Shown: positions 1 to 12,296, counted from the first letter of the whole stretch. The stretch: DNA of 62,706 nt, filler included, from Globobulimina sp. (GCA_003354225.1; 46 parts of 46 records of this genome joined end to end with filler, not necessarily neighbours in it); one strand, 5' to 3'. Translations and numbers: made by a program. The notes: generated by a model from the sequence alone, not told the origin.

Positions 1-310
1 TTCAAGTAAAAACCGTTCTTCTCAGCGTAATGGATTGTTACAAAATACCCTACAACAGAAGCTATTTTCGTCTGAAAAAAAACTGCTTGTCCTATATATT
101 ATAGTATGTCTCTTTTTCTGTCTCTTGTTCTGGTCCGTTAAAATATGGATAAAATTGGATAATAAAATCTAACTGGACAGTATGTATGTAATGTGGTGTC
201 GAATATACCACGTCGGCGTGAATAACTAATATCAATAAGTAAAAATACTCAAATGTTTCACGGAAGACTAATGTCCGTTGATCTTGAATTAATAAATTGT
301 CTCTCCAAAA

Positions 311-1183
311 TTAGTGTTTTAAATGATAGTGATTATTTGTGTCACCAGCTTGTTGACTTCTATTATTACGAATACAAATTTCATCATTTTTTATCACCAC
401 CAATTTTTGCACTGGCATATGCATCCGCTCACTGTCATGCAATAACACTTCTGTCAAATCATCCGTCTTTCTTTGCACTCCTTTTCTGGTTATACGTTGA
501 AAACATTTTACTGTACATTTGTCACATATTTTGCATACACTTGCATACGTCCCACCATTGACTGACAAAGTCAGGTATAAGCATATTGTGTTTATAATGG
601 CATACAATGGAAACAATACAATATACATACATATATCAATGTTCTTATACATATCATTATCTTTCATTACACATTTTAAAAAATATTTTACAGCTTCAAC
701 AAAATATCCAATTTGAGTAGATACAATTAAAATGAAGGATAAAATAAAATATTTCGTCATAATACTCAACACCTTTGTCACATGTTCGTTCATGCTAATA
801 TCATCATTGTTCATATGAATATGCACAGAATTCATAGGATTAGTGGATCTAAATTGTTTAACAACTGCAATCTTAATCATTTTTTTGATAAATATGGTAA
901 TTAACCATACACAAATGATAAAATCTAAAATTGGTGCGCCTACTATCCAACCTAACCACAACTCAGAACTTTCTTTGTTGTTGTCACTATTTTGAGCCAC
1001 AGTAATAACTTCTGACATCACAGCAATGAATATACATAAACTAAATAGTGTAATCAACATGAAAAATATTGTTTTATGTTTGACATCAAATTGATATCTT
1101 GAGAACGTGGAGTATTTCAATGTGTCTGACACAAGAAATGCCATTAAAATATATTTTAGCATTTGTCCTATATCCCATGCCAA
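311..1183 (-). CDS. 7TM/GPCR-like membrane protein, 5' partial
   Basis: Several hydrophobic helices and a Cys-rich juxtamembrane tail (YASVCKICDKC). Confidence 0.55.
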   Translation of the reverse strand: MAWDIGQMLKYILMAFLVSDTLKYSTFSRYQFDVKHKTIFFMLITLFSLCIFIAVMSEVITVAQNSDNNKESSELWLGWIVGAPILDFIICVWLITIFIKKMIKIAVVKQFRSTNPMNSVHIHMNNDDISMNEHVTKVLSIMTKYFILSFILIVSTQIGYFVEAVKYFLKCVMKDNDMYKNIDICMYIVLFPLYAIINTICLYLTLSVNGGTYASVCKICDKCTVKCFQRITRKGVQRKTDDLTEVLLHDSERMHMPVQKLVVIKNDEICIRNNRSQQAGDTNNHYHLKH

Positions 1184-1184
1184 T

Positions 1185-1267
1185 CCACCGGCTTTTTACG
1201 GGGATGGACCGGCTTTTTGCAATGTCTTTTCTGCCGGAGATGGACCGGCTTTTTGTAATGTCTTTTA
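1185..1267. repeat. Short GC-richer tandem repeat (GATGGACCGGCTTTTTG core), 2-3 copies
   Basis: ACCGGCTTTTT occurs three times at the contig end. Confidence 0.7.
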
Positions 1268-1367
1268 NNNNNNNNNNNNNNNNNNNNNNNNNNNNNNNNN
1301 NNNNNNNNNNNTTAATTAATTAANNNNNNNNNNNNNNNNNNNNNNNNNNNNNNNNNNNNNNNNNNNN
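1268..1367. other. Artificial contig spacer (44 N + TTAATTAATTAA + 44 N), recurring about every 1365 bp (45 spacers, 46 contigs)
   Basis: Identical six-frame-stop linker between N runs; contig lengths fall steadily from 1267 to about 1264. Confidence 0.99.
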
Positions 1368-1557
1368 AAAATGACAAATAAAAGACCATAACTGTATGAA
1401 ATTTGTCATAAAAAAAAGAAATGCATTTAAAAAAAAAGAAACGTATAATAAAAAATAACTTAATTTACAAAAATCATTTGACAAATATGAAAATCTTTTA
1501 ACACGCACACTAAAATCTGATACAATTATTATTTATTATAATTATGTACAACAAAAC

Positions 1558-2223
1558 AAGGTATTTAAGAAAGCATTCATATTAATGCGATATTAATGCC
1601 ATATTTCATATTAATGTCATATTAATGACATATTAATGTAATATTTTCTAATTTAAAACTGCTAATATGCTATATTTATAGCATTAATATGATTTTGTTT
1701 TTTATATTAATGATATGTTAATGCATATTTAGCATTAACATGAAGCTTTAATATGAATTCATATTAATGTTATATTGATATATTAATGATATTAATGGCA
1801 TATTAATGCGGTATTAATGATATATTAATGCTGATTATATTAATGCTGTATTAATGTCATATTAATGCCATATTAATGAGATATTAATGCCATATTAATG
1901 GTATATTAATGATATCTTAATGCTATATTAATGCGAAATTATGAATTTATTGAATTAATATAAAATATAAAATATAAGTATTAACATGTGGCATTAATAT
2001 GACATTAATATAAACCTATAAAATAGCATTAACATAGCATTAATATGTAATTATATAGCATTAATATAATATAAAAAACATATTAATGCTATAAATATAG
2101 CATATTAGCAGTTTTAAATTAGAAAATATTACATTAATATGTCATTAATATGACATTAATATGAAATATCGCATTAATATCGCATTAATATCACATTAAT
2201 ATGAATGCTTTCTTAAATACCTT
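1558..2223. mobile_element. Foldback/MITE-like non-autonomous element with ~135-145 bp terminal inverted repeats and internal ATATTAATG arrays
   Basis: Left end AAGGTATTTAAGAAAGCATTCATATTAATG...; right end ...CATTAATATGAATGCTTTCTTAAATACCTT is its reverse complement. Confidence 0.8.
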
Positions 2224-2514
2224 TCCAATCATAGCAATGTAAAACCCGTTGTCTGTAAATATGGCGATGAATGTAAAGCATATAAACGATTAATTATTGG
2301 TGGTGATAGATTGGATGACAGATGCCATGTAAATGTGTATTATCATCCACCTCGAATTCAGCGGAGAAAATCTAATTTGCCAAAAGATTTTCATCCTTTT
2401 GCATTTGTAGATTTATATTCATCACAGGACATTTATACTCATTGTTGTGTACCAAAAACATTACACAAATATCAATATACAGAACAAGACCTAGAACATA
2501 TGGAATATTATAAT
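2224..2514 (+). CDS. Coding fragment between two element copies (CKYGDECKAY...DRCH...YYHPPR)
   Basis: Open frame SNHSNVKPVVCKYGDEC...EYYN with Cys/His motif. Confidence 0.45.
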
Positions 2515-2634
2515 AAGGTATTTAAGAAAGCATTCATATTAATGCGATATTAATGCGATATTTCATATTAATGTCATATTAATGACATATTAATGTAATA
2601 TTTTCTAATTTAAAACTGCTAATATGCTATATTT
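2515..2634. mobile_element. Second copy (left TIR) of the foldback/MITE element, cut by the contig end
   Basis: Near-identical to 1558-1677. Confidence 0.85.
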
Positions 2635-3285
2635 NNNNNNNNNNNNNNNNNNNNNNNNNNNNNNNNNNNNNNNNNNNNTTAATTAATTAANNNNNNNNNN
2701 NNNNNNNNNNNNNNNNNNNNNNNNNNNNNNNNNNATTTCGCCAACAAAGTAGTCGACAACACCAGAGGAGTCTCCACAATCCACATTTGGGCACCGAAAG
2801 CAAACCTATATATTTTTTACCTTTGTCAGTTGAAAACCAGTTTCTTCGTCAAAGAAATCACTGCATATATCCCATGAATATTGTTTCATGCGGTACAGAG
2901 TTATAAATCAAGTCACTACTCATGCTCTATAATGACATTGATTTATAATTTTAATTTTAACTATCATGATCAACTAAATTCTCTTGAATTTAGGTTGATT
3001 CTTTTTAAAATTGTTTTTTTTGGTTTTGATTCTTTTAATACCTCATGATCACTGTAAAGCACCAATATCTCAAACCATGCGTATTCAAATATCGTTTCTT
3101 AATCTAATTGGATTGGATTGGAGTATGTGTGGCATTGTGGCATTTGTGTTTATCGACAAAAATTATGTTTATGGAGCAATACAATTGCAAATACCCGATT
3201 CATTCAGCACTAACAAAGTCCGATTAATATACATATTATGAGTCCTTTTGAGATTATGAATCTATGGTCCTTCCAAGAACAGATT

Positions 3286-3991
3286 ATGTCATCCAAGCAG
3301 TCACCAAATAATAGTACCACCAACGCATGGAATTGGTGGAAAAAAACTAATTTAACTCATCCAATCACCATATTTGGTGCTGGTGCATTATTCTCGTTAT
3401 TGGCTCTACAAAAAAGTATGTTTACTTTAATTTTGCTACATATAATATAATTATATCATCAATTGTTGGATTTGAACAACAGTAAAAAGTATTTATCGTC
3501 GGAATTTTGTGGAACCGTATATACTGAGAGGCGCCTTCAGAGACAGCCCTTTATATATCCACCAAACATATCGTGTGATCGAGAATTGTTTATTAACAGA
3601 GGTCTATGTACAAAATTCAACCGTAATAATTGAGAGTGGCGTAATACACAAATTACACATAAATGGAAATTCAAAAGTAATATTAAATGGTGGCTTAATT
3701 AAAGGTGAAATCATAATAATTGATGAAAAATCAACTGTTCAACTAATGCAAAATTCAATTGTCGAAGCAAATATTTATACTGTGACACCACAGCAATTAC
3801 AGCAAAAGTCAGGTTTACTCCGTGGTCGCATCAATATAATTGCTGCACAAAAACAGAGCGGGGCAACTCCAGCAAGAACATCATCAACACACACATGTAC
3901 ACCAACAATGGTACAACCAAGTTCTGCTATGAATATCGCAAGAAATACAAGCAACGACTTTGAAAATCAATCACCTTTCATGCATAATTAA
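3286..3991 (+). CDS. Hypothetical protein with N-terminal hydrophobic segment and beta-solenoid-like region; intron 3416-3482
   Basis: Removing GTATGT...AACAG joins the two ORFs in frame (QK-I-KSIYRRNFVEPY). Confidence 0.55.
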
Positions 3992-4416
3992 TATATTTGT
4001 NNNNNNNNNNNNNNNNNNNNNNNNNNNNNNNNNNNNNNNNNNNNTTAATTAATTAANNNNNNNNNNNNNNNNNNNNNNNNNNNNNNNNNNNNNNNNNNNN
4101 TACCGCGGATCCTAGCACCTTTCTCTTGTTTCGACTCAGCGCTGCTGCTGAGACCCAATAGAAACAGTAAAAACAGCATTTCTACTCGGATATTTACATT
4201 CCTTATACCAACCGGGCAATAAAAATGTATCCTACTAGGACCGACCCGGAAGCTGTCGTCCTATCTATAGGCTAAACTTCAACAAGTATAGCTGCCGTTT
4301 TACGAAAGATACCGGCCAATAGAAAATTTACAAACACAACTACCTCAAAATTCTACATTTTAACAAAACAAAACAAACAAAACAAAACTTCTAAGACTAC
4401 AACACTTCTAACCCAT

Positions 4417-5316
4417 TTATTTTCTATCCATCTGTGCTGCTTTCAGCACCAGACTAAGTCTAAAAGTGGGAGCAATAGGTACTGTTCTATCCCCAGAGCT
4501 AGTTGATTTCAGTGCTACTCCATTAATTTGATTTTTTTCTGTCATTGCCCTTGGTAATGTGTTTTCGGGGCATACTTCACGCCGATGGCCTGGTATGTGG
4601 CATTTGTGACATACATATTGGCCCTTCGGTACCGAAAACCTATTCCCATGACTAGGGCAAAAACGACGCCAGTGACCTGGTACATAGCACGTTATACATA
4701 CATAACCGTTAGGCGGTCCCCATCGATTTGCACTCTGACGCTTTCGCCTTCTTTGTCTATCACTTAATACTTCCCTATTGTTACTATTCTTACGTGACTC
4801 CAAACGAACATTAGCTCCTCCAATTGCTGCTGTCATCCTGGGAGATTCCGCTTTAGTCTTTTGGTCATGTCGCACAAATTCTGTATCTGCAGTTCTCTTG
4901 ATTATACAGCCGCGGATTCCAACATCCTTCCCTTGGTCCTCCTCAGCCGCTGCTGCTGAAGATTTGCCAGGACCAAAAAAAACAACATTTTTCACTTGGG
5001 TGTCATCATTCTTTGTATTGGAGGTATACAAAAAATGCCATGCTCGAACCGACCCAGAAGTATCGATGCAATAGTTCCAATTATGGACACTCTCACAAGT
5101 GCAAATGCTGCTTTTCATAGGGCGTTGGTCATTCATATGAGTACCACAGGTACAGATATCTGTGCCGACCATTGGAACTCCCAATTCTCTCACATGAAGG
5201 ACTACCCAATCCTGCTCAATCCCTCTTAAATGGTCATCATCATATACATCATAAAAATTTAAATTTTCAACAAAATCAAAACAAGAAAAAAATGTTGTTT
5301 TTTTTGGTCCTGGCAA
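4417..5316 (-). CDS. Protein with two CCHC zinc knuckles (Gag-like or zf-CCHC); 5' part probably affected by an inversion
   Basis: CITCYVPGHWRRFC and CHKCHIPGHRREVC match CX2CX4HX4C. Confidence 0.6.
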   Translation of the reverse strand: MPGPKKTTFFSCFDFVENLNFYDVYDDDHLRGIEQDWVVLHVRELGVPMVGTDICTCGTHMNDQRPMKSSICTCESVHNWNYCIDTSGSVRAWHFLYTSNTKNDDTQVKNVVFFGPGKSSAAAAEEDQGKDVGIRGCIIKRTADTEFVRHDQKTKAESPRMTAAIGGANVRLESRKNSNNREVLSDRQRRRKRQSANRWGPPNGYVCITCYVPGHWRRFCPSHGNRFSVPKGQYVCHKCHIPGHRREVCPENTLPRAMTEKNQINGVALKSTSSGDRTVPIAPTFRLSLVLKAAQMDRK

Positions 5317-5366
5317 ATCTTCAGCAGCAGCGGCTGAGGAGGACCAAGGGAAGGATGTTGGAATCC
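4914..5366. repeat. 79-bp inverted repeat (4914-4992 vs 5288-5366)
   Basis: Direct reverse-complement match ending at the contig edge. Confidence 0.9.
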
Positions 5367-6832
5367 NNNNNNNNNNNNNNNNNNNNNNNNNNNNNNNNNN
5401 NNNNNNNNNNTTAATTAATTAANNNNNNNNNNNNNNNNNNNNNNNNNNNNNNNNNNNNNNNNNNNNATTATATGGCAAAGGGAGTGGAATTAGACGAAGT
5501 TGGTTATATTATTTCGAGGGGAGCTATGCAGCCCCCATTCTGAACCCCCGCGAGATGTCCGAATTTTTTGAATAAACCATCATCGATAATGACTACTCAA
5601 AGTACAGAAAAAACATTTTGTATTCATCAGAAACAATCCTGTGAGCATAAATCAATATAGAAAGCAAAGCAAAAGTGATTAATCAACATACAAATCAATG
5701 CAAATTCAGATTATATTCAGGCGGAATCATAAAAAATACCCACAAATTTATAACAATGCGCGTGTGGGTAGTTTGAATAAGATAATATAATTAAAGTAAT
5801 GGATTGATTGTAATAATGTTAATATGTATAAATATGGTATTTAAGTGCGATAAAATAGAGATCGCAATGCGGGAAGCCAATGAAGAAATTAGTACTTCAA
5901 TTCTGGCATATTATTAGGTAATAAATTAATTCCTTTTTAAATATCGATCAATTTGCAATGGACAATAAATATTTTGATTTAAAATCCGAATGTAATCGAT
6001 CTGTATACATTAATTGTTAATGTTTTGTTTTTAATTGTGCCATGCCGCAACTTTCAGAGATACCCCAATTACAATACTGAGCTCACGTTATTTTTACCAT
6101 AAATATTTCTATTCTTCTGTACGATATTTTTGTTTGGTTTTGTGTTATGTTTTGTTTTTGTGTATATTTTTTGGTTGGTTGGTGCTTATGTTTTGATTGG
6201 TTTTATGCAAAATAATATTGACTGCATAATCATAATCATAACAGTTTAATACATAAAAACAAAAAATTGTGAGTATTTTATTACGGTGGAGGGGCGGGAG
6301 GCGGCATAAAATCGTGTTAGATATAAAAGAATATAATTTTTTGATGCGAATTTGCGCGGATTTAAACAAATTATATTAAAAAACGCCAGCAGTAAAATGG
6401 TTATTCTATCAAAACTAAAAACAAACGAGCAATTTAAAAAAAAGACCCGCCATATTCATATAGAAAGGCATCTTTCTATGTTCTCAAAAGTTCTATAACT
6501 ATCTCACAAAATAGCTATTTTGCTGGGAAAAAGACTATGTTGTGAGATTTCATATTATATACATACCTTTATAGCACCATAACTAATACATATAGCAACA
6601 AAAAATAACATAAAAATACACAAAAACGTTGTTATCCATCAGTTAATAAAATCCCTAACATCAAAACATCATTATTTTATACATAACTCAGCTATATAAC
6701 CAAATTTAATTTGCTGACAAAACACAAATAATNNNNNNNNNNNNNNNNNNNNNNNNNNNNNNNNNNNNNNNNNNNNTTAATTAATTAANNNNNNNNNNNN
6801 NNNNNNNNNNNNNNNNNNNNNNNNNNNNNNNN

Positions 6833-7075
6833 TTCTATCATTTAGCTAAAAATATATCGAATGCCGTCAATAACCATGGCCAGGAACTTAATTTTGATCA
6901 ACCAAATGCTGAATCATTTTATCACGGATTAAATGAACCATTCTTACTTCCAAAAATAATTGGACCTTATTTCGGAATTCAAATCTTTTGCCCATTATCA
7001 ACATCAACATCGATAGAGGTTGCTATCAACTTTGCGGAGAGAAGTAAAGGTATCGTAATTAATTTTGGCTGTCCA
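6833..7075 (+). CDS. Fragment with ADP-ribosyltransferase-like motif layout
   Basis: Manual translation from 6833: ...ESFYHGLN...IFCPLSTSTSIEVAINFAERSKGIVINF. Confidence 0.35.
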
Positions 7076-7113
7076 AATATTCGTTTATGTAATCGGTCAT
7101 TCAAAACACGTTT

Positions 7114-8098
7114 TTGCATAATAAAATTGTAGATTGTATCAACTTTGACCAATCAGATTCAGAATATACTCGAACCCAATCAGTATATACTCAGACTCAA
7201 TCAGTATATACTCGAAACAACATTGGTTGGATACCATCAAATAAGAGTCAACGTGAAGCAATAATTAAATCGATGCTATCGCCTATATCGCTGATTCATG
7301 GCCCACCGGGCACTGGAAAAACAAGTACAACTGCGAATTTAGTGAATTTTATTATGGAATTACAGTTCAGTAATTTGCGATTTGTAGCTGGTGGGAAAAT
7401 ATTTGTCGGAGCATATACACATAACGCTGCCAATGAATTGTTGAGCAAAATTGTTGAGTTATGTCCATGGCCAAAATATAGAGACAGAATTGTACGATTA
7501 GGCGATAAAGATCGAGTACCGGAAAAGCTTCAAAGTTATTGTTTTGAAGATAGTGATGAAAAAGAAATCGAATCGCGCTTATTAAAGGCTTTGGTGGTCG
7601 TAGGTACAATATATTCATCAAACAATTTTAGTTTGTTGCGGTATTGTGAGAATATGTTTAGTTATATTATTATTGATGAATGCACGCAAATATTACATCC
7701 AGTATTAAATATTGCCATTAATTTACTGGGTCACCAGTCAAAGGAACATTTAATTTTAGTCGGTATGAACTATGAACAGATCCGTTAATTCTGTTTGGTC
7801 TGACTCTGACTATATATTTTTATAAATAAGGTGATCACAAACAGCTGCCGCCAGTCATAAAATCTTCTGACCTCAAGAAAGGATATAAATCAATGTTTGA
7901 GTCTCTACTGCCACAAAATGAAAAAGATTCAAATATTTATACATTATTAAACATTCAGTACAGAATGCCTCAGCAATTAATTTCTTTTTGTAATCAACAG
8001 TTTTATGATGGAAAAATTGAATCTTATCAGAAAAGCGTGAATTTAAATGATAAGTCTACACAGAAAATATTTGATTTAATGCGCAAACTCAAACAATT
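7114..8098 (+). CDS. SF1 helicase, UPF1/DNA2/NAM7-like, partial; intron 7763-7830
   Basis: GPPGTGKT, THNAAN, IIIDECTQ, spliced LVGDHKQLPP, LNIQYRM, FYDGKI. Confidence 0.85.
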
Positions 8099-8198
8099 NN
8101 NNNNNNNNNNNNNNNNNNNNNNNNNNNNNNNNNNNNNNNNNNTTAATTAATTAANNNNNNNNNNNNNNNNNNNNNNNNNNNNNNNNNNNNNNNNNNNN

Positions 8199-8699
8199 AT
8201 AAAATTCATCTAATTCTTTATGATGTTTATAATTATGATTTAGATCAAGATCAAGATCGGATTCAGTGTCAACAGACGTAATTGTATTTGTGTCGGATGA
8301 CTTGTATGTTGCCCCATTATATGTGATTGTGACACTCATTGTGTTATCTTCAGATTCAGTCTCAGTCTCAGATGAATTGCCCACATTTGATGCAATGCTA
8401 ACTGTATCATTATAATTATCACTTTTAGACTTAGCGGCTATATTTGCATTAACAAATTGCAATTTATTTTTTTGTTTTGGTGGACAATAAGATACAGTTT
8501 TACTCTTTGGGCAATATGACACTTTGCCTGTTCTTAGGTCAGCGAGATTTTTTTGATACACACCAATTATCGCTTGTGCTTCTGAATAATTTAATTCTCC
8601 GTCAGAATAATCGACCAATTCAGAGGGATCTTGTGGTATCTCTCCAAATCCTTTAACATACGCTGATAATATATTTAATGATCCAGTTTTAAACGACAT
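8199..8699 (-). CDS. Hypothetical protein, 3' partial
   Basis: ATG-initiated ORF with no recognised motif. Confidence 0.4.
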
Positions 8700-8852
8700 G
8701 ATGTTGTTTTGACTCTTTTTTCTCTGATTTTTACTATTTTTACTTAAGTTTAGTAGCTATGAATTAATGCAACCTAAAGTCATATGAATTATTAAATGGA
8801 TAAAGTCCGATTAATAATTGACAAGTTACGTGTAGTGAATAGCACACAACGA

Positions 8853-9464
8853 TTAATCATTGACAAGAATGTTTTCCAGTGCACGTTTGATGGTGATCGG
8901 AATTTGCTTTTTTTTGTTTGTTTTTTTATCAACAAATACGTGTATAAAGTCTCCATATGCTCGAGCTGGTGTTTTGTTATCTTCATCTTTGAGAAATATA
9001 CCAATGTTATATACAACCGATGAATATCCGATTTTTTCAACAGATAATCCAGCTTCAACAATTTGTGGATATTTCAGTGGTGTTAAATATGTGCACGATG
9101 ATGAAACACAATAAACTCCATAATCATCATTCAGGTCATTGTCTGGTTTCAAATGTGCGTATTTTATCGCATATTCATTAATTATTGTATCAAAATATGA
9201 ATAATACACTACATTGTTAACATGTCCATACATATCGTTATCGCTCCATCGGCTTTGAATATTCAGATAGTATTTGTAATGATCTCGATTTCTTTTCTTG
9301 TTCTTTTTAATTTCAAATGATCTGCAATTGTTTGCATGTGATAACTGTCAATATTGTTTAATATTTTGTGAGAACATATTTTTCCATTTGAATATATGCC
9401 AAACCTGCTTTAATATGTGCTGTAATCGCATTGATTTAGCGTCATTGTAAGAAAGAAAAGCCAT
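8853..9464 (-). CDS. Hotdog-fold acyl-CoA thioesterase (4HBT/YbgC-like) with predicted PTS2; intron 9345-9404
   Basis: RWSDNDMYGHVNNVVYYSYFDT, IGYSSVVY, FIHVFVD; spliced N-terminus MAFLSYNDAKSMRLQHILKQLSHANNC. Confidence 0.85.
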
Positions 9465-9675
9465 NNNNNNNNNNNNNNNNNNNNNNNNNNNNNNNNNNNN
9501 NNNNNNNNTTAATTAATTAANNNNNNNNNNNNNNNNNNNNNNNNNNNNNNNNNNNNNNNNNNNNTAAAAACTTCTCGAAATTATCTTGTTGATCCCGTTT
9601 AAAAATCTAATCTTGATTTAAAGTAAACATTCCTCTCAAATTCGACTACCTACAAACAAATCCACCTACAAACTA

Positions 9676-10830
9676 ATGAAGCCGTCAGAAATGGTGGACA
9701 GTGATTTGTATCAACATATGTTATCCGTCGAATCAGAATATAACGTATCAGCAGCAAACAATATGGATTATATTTTTAATTTGTATCGCAACTCTAAATT
9801 CAATACACCGAGTACCACAGGCTCAAATATCTCAATATCATCAATATCAAATGCCACGATCACAAACAATACATCATCCACATCAATATCATCATTATCA
9901 AATCTCTCTAATCTGTCCGATGATGATATCGATGTCATATATAATAAGAATTTATTACCACAAACGCAAGAATACAGCATCATTGACGGTGGATTGCAAC
10001 GAGCATTGGTTATTATGTACGATGAGCAGAAAACTAATAAAAACACTCAAAACATGACATACGAAGATATTCACTCAGAGGACGATAAAAACAACGATGA
10101 CAACGGCAATAACAACGACGATGACGATCACTCCGAGAATAATAATAATAATAAAATGAATACATTTTCGTTTAAATCGTGGATGTTATCGTACAAAAAC
10201 CAGCCACACCGCATATTAAACAATTCACGCAAACGCAACAAGAAATATTTCGAGAAAAGGAAGCAAGCAAAATATGCACACAAAGAGCACATAAACAACA
10301 AGAAAACATTGATATACATCACCAATTTAAGGAATTCACTGCCTTGCAATCCATGTGAATTGCGGCAAATTATTAAATGTAATGATAACATTAATCCGTC
10401 CACAGAAACGGAAACAGAAATGTGTAATTTACATAAAATAGACCTGATACAACACAAAATATTGCGTTTGCAAAAGCAATTGGAAGATATTCGCCAGACA
10501 CAACGAATGAAATTGAAATTAAAAAATTGGAAAAACTTTAAACTAAATTGGAAGAATTGGCGTTTGATTGATTTTTATGAGTATTTGCTACGTTTAAATG
10601 GACGTAAATATGCAAAATGTTTGCTGAATTTTGAAATCTTTTATTTGCAATGGATGCGTATCTACGAAATGGATCAAAAAACAGCAAATCAATGTGCCAG
10701 ATTCAGATCTCGTGTATTTAATGGACGAATGTTAAGGCATTTGCATCATAATGATTTCTTTTTATTCGGTATAAATTTAAAAGAAGATCGACGCCAAATT
10801 CTGATGAAAATTCAACAATTGAATGGATTT
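9676..10830 (+). CDS. Low-complexity protein with C-terminal SAM-like domain
   Basis: W...DFYEYL...FNGRMLRHL...FGI...DRRQILMKIQQL pattern. Confidence 0.45.
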
Positions 10831-10944
10831 NNNNNNNNNNNNNNNNNNNNNNNNNNNNNNNNNNNNNNNNNNNNTTAATTAATTAANNNNNNNNNNNNNN
10901 NNNNNNNNNNNNNNNNNNNNNNNNNNNNNNGACGAAAGCAAAAT

Positions 10945-11032
10945 GTTATGTTTCTAAATGACAAAAGTTTTTTTTTTCTTCAATTATCAAAGCGTTCATT
11001 GAAGAAATGAACTAAAAGCAAAAACCCTATTG
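10945..11032. repeat. Dispersed repeat (putative DNA-transposon end), shared with 45067-45153
   Basis: About 87 bp near-identical, ending AAAAACCCTATTG in both copies. Confidence 0.85.
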
Positions 11033-11352
11033 GGTTTACGGACGTTGCCATATGAACTCAAATCAAAACAAAAATGAGGAAAAGAATTTTAAAATATAAA
11101 AAAACAAACATTCAAAAAATATTTTTAAAATATAACGACAAACAAACATTAATTTACGAAATATAAAATAAATAAAATATGTATTATTTGGTATTAAATT
11201 ATTTAAAAGCTATAAAAAAATAATTGTTCAAAATTATACAAATGTACACATTTATCAAAAAACAACACAACAAACAACACCAAACAAAAAACAAACGCGA
11301 TACAATTTGCTATAATTTTAATTTAAAAAAAAAACAATTAATTTAATTTAAT

Positions 11353-12196
11353 TTACTTGACAGTTAATAATGGCATATATTCATCAACTTCGCCATCCGT
11401 AGCCACTGTATTAATATTCGCCAATTTAATATTAATATTATTAGTACGCCAATTATATGCCCGTGACATGGCAACTAACATTAACGCAATTGATATTAAA
11501 CCAATCACAGCGAAACCCATTTGTTTGGTACCTACATAACTATGTGTTTTTACTTTCATATCTTTCGCAGAAACTGCTTCATTTTGGCACTCTGGGTTGA
11601 TTTCACCATAATTTGTCAAAACATATTGTGTTTGCTGACAGCCAATATATCCATTCAATATTTGCAGTAACAGCGAACGTTTCATCATCATACAATTTAA
11701 ATGCACAGACTTCCGGTGTCAAATTTGGTGCTATCTCAATTGTACCATCTAAAAGAGGAGAAAGTGCAGATATTGCATTGCCGGCAAATAAATTATATAT
11801 ATTAATATTTGAATTATCATTAATGTGAATATTGGCATTAAACCAAACCGAGATTGCCCAAACTAATCCTGTATCGGACACCAAATGGTGAATATCCACA
11901 TCATTCCTGATATCAACATCTTGACACATTGTCATTGATATTCCCCTCACTCTGTTCACTGTGTAGCCCCATTATTTGTATATTTGCCAGGCAAGCTACT
12001 GCCTAACGGCGTATACGAATGGAAATTATGAATATGGATATTGTTCAATTCAATGCCATTTACACCGTTAAATCGGATACCAACCAATCCTTTGCCGGGA
12101 TGGATCATAGCATCTGCGGAGCCAACCAATATCAGGGAATATGGCCAAAACGGTTTATTTATGATTGCAAATTCTGTCAAATCACTCATATCCGCG
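11353..12196 (-). pseudogene. Beta-helix-like single-pass membrane protein split across three frames
   Basis: Abutting or overlapping ORFs 12189-11956, 11959-11603 and 11706-11353, with N/I-rich repeats and a C-terminal TM helix. Confidence 0.45.
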
Positions 12197-12296
12197 NNNN
12201 NNNNNNNNNNNNNNNNNNNNNNNNNNNNNNNNNNNNNNNNTTAATTAATTAANNNNNNNNNNNNNNNNNNNNNNNNNNNNNNNNNNNNNNNNNNNN

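Noticed and set aside
1268..1367. Regularly spaced TTAATTAATTAA as a biological repeat
   Set aside because: It is an artificial linker inside N runs; ORF tails such as XXXLIN are artefacts of it
5467..6732. Possible gene or element in an ORF-poor contig
   Set aside because: No motif, repeat or spliceable frame could be supported
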